A program made the position numbers and the translations under genes. This document shows positions 54,286-64,000 of a stretch of 64,000 nucleotides of DNA, piece after piece. Position 1 is the stretch's first letter. Each line of letters starts with the position of its first letter. The notes below the pieces were generated by a model, which searched no databases, was not told the DNA's origin, and was given only the letters and a program-made list of their open reading frames with translations. Source of the stretch: Eledone cirrhosa (taxonomy: Eukaryota); assembly GCA_964016885.1 (NCBI GenBank), contig OZ024744.1, positions 55,366,001 through 55,430,000 of the forward strand, given 5' to 3'.

Positions 54286-56400
54286 TGGATCATATGTAAG
54301 CTGCATTTGGAAGGTGACAGATGTATGAAAAAATGCAGCCCATGTAAGAGGCAAAGCCAAGAAGACTTAAGATGAGGTACCTTAAGAAGCTAATATTCAC
54401 TATGAAGATAACAAAAACTGCAAGAATTGGTTGCATGTTGTACTGGAGAAGACCCACCTGCCAACATAAAATATGACCTACTCCATCCCTGTGCCACCCT
54501 CCCTCCACTAGCACTCCCTAGTTACTATCCTTACCATCACTGTACACCGCCACCTTATCCATGCTCCCTTCACTATCACTCATTAGCTATTCCTCATTCT
54601 AAAGTCCTTAGTAGATATTCTAACTGTGACATCTTATTAGCTACTCTCTCCAACTCTATGTACTCCCACCCAACCCATGCGCCCTCCCCTACCACTCCTT
54701 AACTATTCTTACTATTAATGTATCCTACCCACAAAATCCCAACACATCTATGAGTAATCCCCCAATACAATCAACCACCTTACCCACAGCCCCATCACTA
54801 CCTTCTCTTAGCTATTCTCGCAACAACTACACACCGCCCTCTAAACAATCTGGCACGCCTGTGACTACATCCCTATGCTCTTGGAAGGCACCCCAACCCT
54901 CCTTCCACATCACACCGTACTTGCTCTACATTATACTTATCTTACTTCACTCTTTCCTCCCCTGCTCCTTCTATCCAAGAGGACTCTTCTGTTGGGAAAT
55001 TAACTGTTAACTTCTCTAGTGCTATTGCCATGAAAATGCACCCAGTATATCCTGGAAGGTGGCTAGCAATAAGAAGGGCACTTTGCTGTAGAAACCATGT
55101 CAAAAAGAGTCACAAAAACACTTTAGTTGTGTCAATGATGCAACAGCCTTTCTAGTATCATGTGATAAACAGATCAAATATATGTCGAAAGGGAGTTAGT
55201 GATATAAAAGGCAGCAGTCATAGAAAATTTGCCAAACAAAGGGTCAGGAGTATCCTTCAATTGTGCCAAGGTCATGAATATATCCCAAGTGTTAGTCATC
55301 TACATGATAAATAGATCCAGTACAAGTTCTAAAGTGGTTGGAAGGTATCGAGCCATAGAAAACATTCTAAACAAAGAGTTTGGAGGATCCTTGAGATGAG
55401 TCAAAGACATGATGGCCTCTCTAGTGCTAGTGCCATAACAACATGCACTCGGTAAAGTGATGGCCTATCTAGAAGGTCAGGTGACACTTAGGTACTGGCT
55501 TAGACTGTGAAGACCCATCCATCTCCTGCTAGCAGGAAAAACAGATGTAATGATGATGATATATATTTGGGGTTTTCTTACTATAAAATTAAGAAAAAAA
55601 CATTTAAAATGAGTACTCAATACAAAATAGAAGAGAATTTATTCAACATGATCTATCCTTACAAAAATATTTTTATCAGGATAAATTATGCCTGATAAAT
55701 ATCAGCATCATCAACAACATTGTCATCAGCATTGTAGTCTTTTAATGTACGTTTTTCCATGCTAGCATGTGTGTGTGTGTGTGTACACATTTGTACACAC
55801 ACAAGCTTGTGTCAATGTAGGCGAACAGGTGTCAGATACCATTTTTGTTGAAAATGGGGATTTACCAGCACCTAGTCTGTTTGCATTGTTTTCTTTATGG
55901 TTTTCCTTATGGCCTTTACGGTTTTCCTTATGGCCTTTACATCAAATATTGCACAACATGTGAGTTGTTTAACATTAGATTGTTTACTGCCAAAAGAAAG
56001 ATGTCTACTTATTTAATATATTAATTTTTGTATTTAGATGGTTGTAATCTTGTTGCTCACTCTGTGAGTGATATGCAGCAGCTGCGCATTGAGTTTGTCA
56101 ATATGTTTGGCCAAGATGGTTGTCATGTATCAATCTGTCTATATAAATATAATTCAAATTAAAAGATATATGTATATATAGAGAGACAGAAAGAACCATA
56201 TATTCCATGAAAATACACAGTATATTGTATATATATAAATCACATATTGTATATATACAAATCATATGTGTATGTGTGTGCAGTGCTGGATTTATGCACA
56301 GGCCCCTGTTAGCAAAGGAGTGGTGGTGGTGGTGGTGGGGGGTCTTCCCGCCAAAAAATTGTTTACGATGAATTAAGGGGCCTCATAACTTAACTAGCAC

Positions 56401-56439
<39 letters not shown>

Positions 56440-56459
56440 GCATGCATGCGTGCATACAT

Positions 56460-56900
56460 TAGTTGTGGGTGTTTGGAAAGTAAAATAGCCAGGGTGAGAA
56501 CAGGTTGGAAAAAGTTCAGGGACCTTCTACCTCTGCTGGTCACAAAGATGTTTTCTTTCAGAGTAAAATGCAAATTGTGTGAACTGCATGAAAGTGAAAT
56601 TTGGGCATTGAATGCAGAGCATTCATGAAAACAGCAAAGAAATGGTGAATCTGTAATATTAGTGTGCAAGAATGATAGAGTATTATTGGGTTGAGAGAAA
56701 AGCTGAGCATAAAAGGGATTGAGGCAGTGTGTATAAGAGAGAAGACTGCATTGGTATGGCCATGTGATGTGTATGAAGGATGAGAGTTGCGGAAAGATGT
56801 ACAGGCCACTCAAAATATGTGAAAGAGGAAACCTAGGAAAAGATGGGATGAAATAGTAAAAGCTGATTTCAAAAAGTTGTAGCTCACATGAGACAGGCTT
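56460..56900 (+). mobile_element. RTE-like LINE C-terminal fragment
   Basis: GCLESKIARVRTGWKKFRDLLPLL, RRLHWYGHVM, RGNLGKDG remnant. Confidence 0.85.
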
Positions 56901-58462
56901 GAGTCAACTGAGCATGGAGAGGATGGTTGCAAATGGTCGAAAGATGTAATGATATTTAAGCTGCCTCCTTCCATCACACTCTCCACTATAGTTTTTCCTT
57001 CACCCACATTTTAGTCACACCTTCATTCACATCCCTGACTCCTCCTCTGCCTCCATTTTATCCATGCCAAAATGGAAAGACAGATGCACCTCCACTGTAC
57101 AGTCAAACACTGCTTGCTCACTCTTTCTCTCCATCTCTCCTAAATCATTCTCCAGCCTTACACTTCTGCCCTGCCCCCCTCCATCCCGGGCCTATTCCGG
57201 TCAAGATACACAATTCACTCTGCCAAATCTATTGCTGAATTCCTCTCTCCTTTCTCAACCAAGCCAGCATGGCAAGCCAGGAGCAACTTACAGTACTGCC
57301 AAAAGTCACTAACTTCCTATAAATCAACCCCTCCCATCACCAGCCAGTAAAAAGCACTGTACACCCCACTCTCACATCTCACTTCTTATCACTGTCTTTC
57401 CAGCTTCTTCAAGGCTATAAGTGCCCTAGTGTTGAAATGAGATATTTTCACAAAGTGAAAGTGTTAGTGCTGGTCTCAAAAAAAAACCCAGTTCACCCAG
57501 CCAGGTGATAGAGAAAATGAACCTAATACATAGTTGAGATTATGAAAGGCATCCAGCCATAGAAGCCATTACAAAGTGAAAGATATGAGCAAGACATGGT
57601 TATCTAATCTGTCTGTCTAACCTCAGAACATGACAGCTCATCTAACTCATAAGTGGAAAATAGAAATAAAACTGATGATGTTGATGATGATATATGTAAT
57701 ATATATATGGATATGTGTATGTATGTATGTTTGTATGTATGTATATATGTATGTGTGTACATATGTATGTACATATTATGTTTGTATGAATATATGTATG
57801 AATATATGTATATATGTACGTATGTATGTATGTACGTACTCAAGTATGTATGTCTCTTCCTGCTATATCAAGCGTTAACCTAATATATACCTTCCATATA
57901 CTGTACTGATTGTGTTGTTATTTCTGTTTACCTTTTACATATATATATATATATATGTATGTATATATGTATGTGTTTGTATGTGTCTGTGTATTTATGT
58001 ATGCATATTTGTATGTATGCATATAAATGCGTATGTATGTATATATGTTTGTATGTATGTATATATCTATGTATGTATGTATATATGTAAAATATGTATG
58101 TATATACATAGTTTACTTCATTTCAATTCATAACTGTCATTGATTTTCCTTCTGTTTCTTCCTTACCTTCTTTTAACCTAAACAGGTTTTTAATTGCCAA
58201 AATATTGATTTGTTTTTACTACAGCTTGTGTGTGTGTGTGTGGTAATGTGTATGTGTGTGTGCGTGTGTGTGTGTGTGCACGTGTGTGGTTTTTTACACC
58301 GTTTCACTTGAGGGTCTCTTTTTAAATTTTATCTATTGATATCGAACATTAATATGACATTGGACTTTACAAAATGTGTTGAAACATGTCAGTGCAGGAG
58401 CAAGAGGCATATTTCAGGATGTTGACTAGGCCTATATTATCTTAATTTATTTCTTACCAATC

Positions 58463-61400
58463 TTGTTGTATGTGACAGTGACAATACATATTGTTGTTGT
58501 ATGTGACAGTAACAATACATATTACTGTTATATGTGACAGTAACAATACATATTACTGTTATATGTGACAGTAACAATACATATTGTTGTTGTATGTGAC
58601 AGTAACAATACATATTACTGTTATATGTGACAGTAACAATACATATTGTTGTTATATGTGACAGTAACAATACATATTACTGTTATATGTGACAGTAACA
58701 ATACATATTACTGTTATATGTGACAGTAACAATACATATTACTGTTATATGTGACAGTAACAATACATATTGTTGTTGTATGTGACAGTAACAATACATA
58801 TTGTTGTTGTATGAGACAGTGACAATACATATTGTTGTTGTATGTGACAGTAACAATACATATTGTTGTTGTATGTGACAGTGACAATACATATTGTTGT
58901 TGTATGTGACAGTAACAATACATATTGTTGTTGTATGTGACAGTGACAATACATATTACTGTTATATGTGACAGTAACAATACATATTGTTGTTGTATGT
59001 GACAGTAACAATACATATTGTTGTTGTATGAGACAGTGACAATACATATTGTTGTTGTATGTGACAGTGACAATACATATTGTTGTTGTATGTGACAGTA
59101 ACAATACATATTGTTGTTGTATGTGACAGTGACAATACATATTGTTGTTGTATGTGACAGTAACAATACATATTGTTGTTGTATGTGACAGTAACAATAC
59201 ATATTGTTGTTGTATGTGACAGTAACAATACATATTGTTGTTGTATGTGACAGTAACAATACATATTGTTGTTGTATGTGACAGTAACAATACATATTGT
59301 TGTTGTATGTGACAGTAACAATACATATTGTTGTTGTATGTGACAGTGACAATACATATTGTTGTTGTATGTGACAATACATATTGTTGTTGTATGTGAC
59401 AGTAACAATATATATTGTTGTTGTATGTGACAGTGGCAATACATATTGTTGTTGTATGTGACAGTGACAATACATATTGTTGTTGTATGTGACAGTAACA
59501 ATACATAGTGTTGTTGTATGTGACAGTAACAATACATATTGTTGTTGTATGTGACAGTAACAATACATATTGTTGTTGTATGTGACAGTGACAATACATA
59601 TTGTTGTTGTATGTGACAGTGACAATACATATTGTTGTTGTATGTGACAGTAACAATACATATTGTTGTTGTATGTGACAGTGACAATACATATTGTTGT
59701 TGTATGTGACAATACATATTGTTGTTGTATGTGACAGTGACAATACATATTGTTGTTGTATGTGACAGTGACAATACATATTGTTGTTGTATGTGACAAT
59801 ACATATTGTTGTTGTATGTGACAGTGACAATACATATTGTTGTTGTATGTGACAGTAACAATACATATTGTTGTTGTATGTGACAGTAACAATACATATT
59901 GTTGTTGTATGTGACAATACATATTGTTGTTGTATGTGACAGTAACAATACATATTGTTGTTGTATGTGACAGTAACAATACATATTGTTGTTGTATGTG
60001 ACAGTAACAATACATATTGTTGTTGTATGTGACAGTAACAATACATATTGTTGTTGTATGTGACAGTGACAATACATATTGTTGTTGTATGTGACAATAC
60101 ATATTGTTGTTGTATGTGACAATACATATTGTTGTTGTATGTGACAGTAACAATACACATTGTTGTGGTATGTGACAGTGACAATATATATTGTTGTTGT
60201 ATGTGACAATACATATTGTTGTTGTATGTGACAGTAACAATACATATTGTTGTTGTATGTGACAGTAACAATACATATTTTTGTTATATGTGACAGTGAC
60301 AATACATATTGTTGTTGTATGTGACAGTAACAATACATATTGTTGTTGTATGTGACAGTAACAATACATATTGTTGTTGTATGTGACAGTAACAATACAT
60401 ATTGTTGTTGTATGTGACAGTAACAATACATATTACTGTTGTATGTGACAGTAACAATACATATTGTTGTTGTATGGGACAGTGACAATACATATTTTTG
60501 TTGTATGTGACAATACATATTGTTATTGTATGTGACAGTAACAATACATATTGTTGTTGTATGTGACAGTAACAATACATATTGTTGTTGTATGTGACAG
60601 TAACAATACATCTTGTTGTTGTATGTGACACTAACAATACATATTGTTGTTGTATGTGACAGTAACGATACATATTGTTGTTGTATGTGACAGTAACAAT
60701 ACATATTACTGTTATATGTGACAGTAACAATACATATTGTTGTTGTATGTGACAGTAACAATACATATTGTTGTTGTATGTGACAGTAACAATACATATT
60801 GTTGTTGTATGTGACAGTAACAATACATATTGTTGTTGTATGTGACAGTGACAATACATATTGTTGTTGTATGTGACAGTGACAATACATATTGTTGTTG
60901 TATGTGACAGTGACAATACATATTGTTGTTGTATGTGACAGTAACAATACATATTGTTGTTATATGTGACAGTGACAATACATATTGTTGTTATATGTGA
61001 CAGTAACAATACATATTACTGTTATATGTGACAGTAACAATACATATTACTGTTGTATGTGACAGTAACAATACATATTGTTGTTATATGTGACAGTAAC
61101 AATACATATTGTTGTTGTATGTGACAGTAACAATACATATTGTTGTTGTATGTGACAGTGACAATACATATTGTTGTTGTATGTGACAGTGACAATACAT
61201 ATTGTTGTTGTATGTGACAGTGACAATACATATTGTTGTTGTATGTGACAGTAACAATACATATTGTTGTTGTATGTGACAGTGACAATACATATTGTTG
61301 TTGTATGTGACAGTAACAATACATATTACTGTTATATGTGACAGTAACAATACATATTACTGTTATATGTGACAGTGACAATACATATTGTTGTTGTATG

Positions 61401-64000
61401 TGACAGTAACAATACATATTGTTGTTGTATGTGACAGTAACAATACATATTGTTGTTGTATGTGACAGTAACAATACATATTGTTGTTGTATGTGACAGT
61501 AACAATACATATTACTGTTATATGTGAGAGTAACAATACATATTGTTGTTGTATGTGACAGTAACAATACATGTTACTGTTATATGTGACAGTAACAATA
61601 CATATTACTGTTATATGTGACAGTAACAATACATATTGTTGTTGTATGTAACAGTAACAATACATATTGTTGTTGTATGTGACAGTGACAATACATGTTA
61701 CTGTTATATGTGACAGTAACAATACATATTGTTGTTGTATGTGACAGTGAAAATACATATTGTTGCTGTATGTGACAGTGACAATACATATTGTTGTTGT
61801 ATGTGACAGTAACAATACATATTGTTGTTGTATGTGACAGTGACAATACATATTGTTGTTGTATGTGACAGTAACAATACATATTGTTGTTGTATGTGAC
61901 AGTGACAATACATATTGTTGTTGTATGTGACAGTAACAATACATATTGTTGTTCTATGTGACAGTAACAATACATATTGTTGTTGTATGTGACAGTAACA
62001 ATATATATTGTTGTTGTATGTGACAGTGGCAATACATATTGTTGTTGTATGTGACAGTGACAATACATATTGTTGTTGTATGTGACAGTAACAATACATA
62101 GTGTTGTTGTATGTGACAGTAACAATACATATTGTTGTTGTATGTGACAGTAACAATACATATTGTTGTTGTATGTGACAGTGACAATACATATTGTTGT
62201 TGTATGTGACAGTGACAATACATATTGTTGTTGTATGTGACAGTAACAATACATATTGTTGTTGTATGTGACAGTGACAATACATATTGTTGTTGTATGT
62301 GACAGTAACAATACATATTGTTGTTGTATGTGACAGTAACAATACATATTGTTGTTGTATGTGACAGTGACAATACATATTGTTGTTGTATGTGACAGTA
62401 ACAATACATATTGTTGTTGTACGTGACAGTGACAATACATATTGTTGTTGTATGTGACAATACATATTGTTGTTGTATGTGACAGTGACAATACATATTG
62501 TTGTTGTATGTGACAATACATATTGTTGTTGTATGTGACAGTGACAATACATATTGTTGTTGTATGTGACAGTGACAATACATATTGTTGTTGTATGTGA
62601 CAATACATATTGTTGTTGTATGTGACAGTGACAATACATATTGTTGTTGTATGTGACAGTAACAATACATATTGTTGTTGTATGTGACAGTAACAATACA
62701 TATTGTTGTTGTATGTGACAATACATATTGTTGTTGTATGTGACAGTAACAATACATATTGTTGTTGTATGTGACAGTAACAATACATATTGTTGTTGTA
62801 TGTGACAGTAACAATACATATTGTTGTTGTATGTGACAGTAACAATACATATTGTTGTTGTATGTGACAGTGACAATACATATTGTTGTTGTATGTGACA
62901 ATACATATTGTTGTTGTATGTGACAATACATATTGTTGTTGTATGTGACAGTAACAATACACATTGTTGTGGTATGTGACAGTGACAATATATATTGTTG
63001 TTGTATGTGACAATACATATTGTTGTTGTATGTGACAGTAACAATACATATTGTTGTTGTATGTGACAGTAACAATACATATTTTTGTTATATGTGACAG
63101 TGACAATACATATTGTTGTTGTATGTGACAGTAACAATACATATTGTTGTTGTATGTGACAGTAACAATACATATTGTTGTTGTATGTGACAGTAACAAT
63201 ACATATTGTTGTTGTATGTGACAGTAACAATACATATTACTGTTGTATGTGACAGTAACAATACATATTGTTGTTGTATGGGACAGTGACAATACATATT
63301 TTTGTTGTATGTGACAATACATATTGTTATTGTATGTGACAGTAACAATACATATTGTTGTTGTATGTGACAGTAACAATACATATTGTTGTTGTATGTG
63401 ACAGTAACAATACATCTTGTTGTTGTATGTGACAGTAACAATACATATTGTTGTTGTATGTGACAGTAACAATACATATTGTTGTTGTATGTGACAGTAA
63501 CGATACATATTGTTGTTGTATGTGACAGTAACAATACATATTACTGTTATATGTGACAGTAACAATACATATTGTTGTTGTATGTGACAGTAACAATACA
63601 TATTGTTGTTGTATGTGACAGTAACAATACATATTGTTGTTGTATGTGACAGTAACAATACATATTGTTGTTGTATGTGACAGTGACAATACATATTGTT
63701 GTTGTATGTGACAGTGACAATACATATTGTTGTTGTATGTGACAGTGACAATACATATTGTTGTTGTATGTGACAGTAACAATACATATTGTTGTTATAT
63801 GTGACAGTGACAATACATATTGTTGTTATATGTGACAGTAACAATACATATTGTTGTTGTATGTGACAGTGACAATACATATTGTTGTTGTATGTGACAG
63901 TAACAATACATATTGTTGTTGTATGTGACAGTAACAATACATATTGTTGTTGTATGTGACAATACATATTGTTGTTGAACGTGACAGTAACAATACATAT
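58463..64000. repeat. 31-bp tandem satellite (TGTGACAGTAACAATACATATTGTTGTTGTA)n running off the window end
   Basis: Over 5.5 kb of head-to-tail units with A/G variants and 25-bp deletion variants; no unique spacers. Confidence 0.97.

Noticed and set aside
58463-64000. CRISPR-like array or long Cys/His/Gln-rich ORFs up to 795 aa
   Set aside because: Units are contiguous with no unique spacers and no cas genes. The ORFs arise because the 31-bp unit lacks minus-strand stops and cycles through all three frames.

Overview
AT-rich, repeat-saturated animal genomic DNA. The SINE and LINE families and the (TA/CA)n load resemble coleoid cephalopod (Octopus-like) sequence; this assignment is from recall, not a search. 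One host protein-coding gene is clearly supported: eukaryotic translation initiation factor 5 (eIF5), minus strand, 9 coding exons (21592 to 17583, 442 aa, all GT-AG introns, frame kept throughout). It has a probable upstream non-coding exon ending at 27776 and a poly(A) signal near 16880. The predicted spliced leader holds only two AUGs. Both are in poor UUU-AUG context and in frame with each other across a 6-kb intron, opening an 80-aa uORF that overlaps the strong-context eIF5 start out of frame. This is the signature of eIF5 start-codon-stringency autoregulation, and it is preceded by about 1 kb with no AUG on the sense strand. The rest is decayed mobile DNA: many RTE-like LINE copies (ORF2 carries a C4HC3 PHD-type finger inside the RT C-terminus), tRNA-derived SINEs, Helitrons, hAT, mariner, pogo and piggyBac-like elements, a solo LTR, two adjacent kb-scale fold-back inverted repeats, a 3.2-kb (TA/CA)n tract and a 31-bp satellite of over 5.5 kb with a 2.8-kb higher-order duplication. 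No rRNA, true tRNA gene or CRISPR array was seen.
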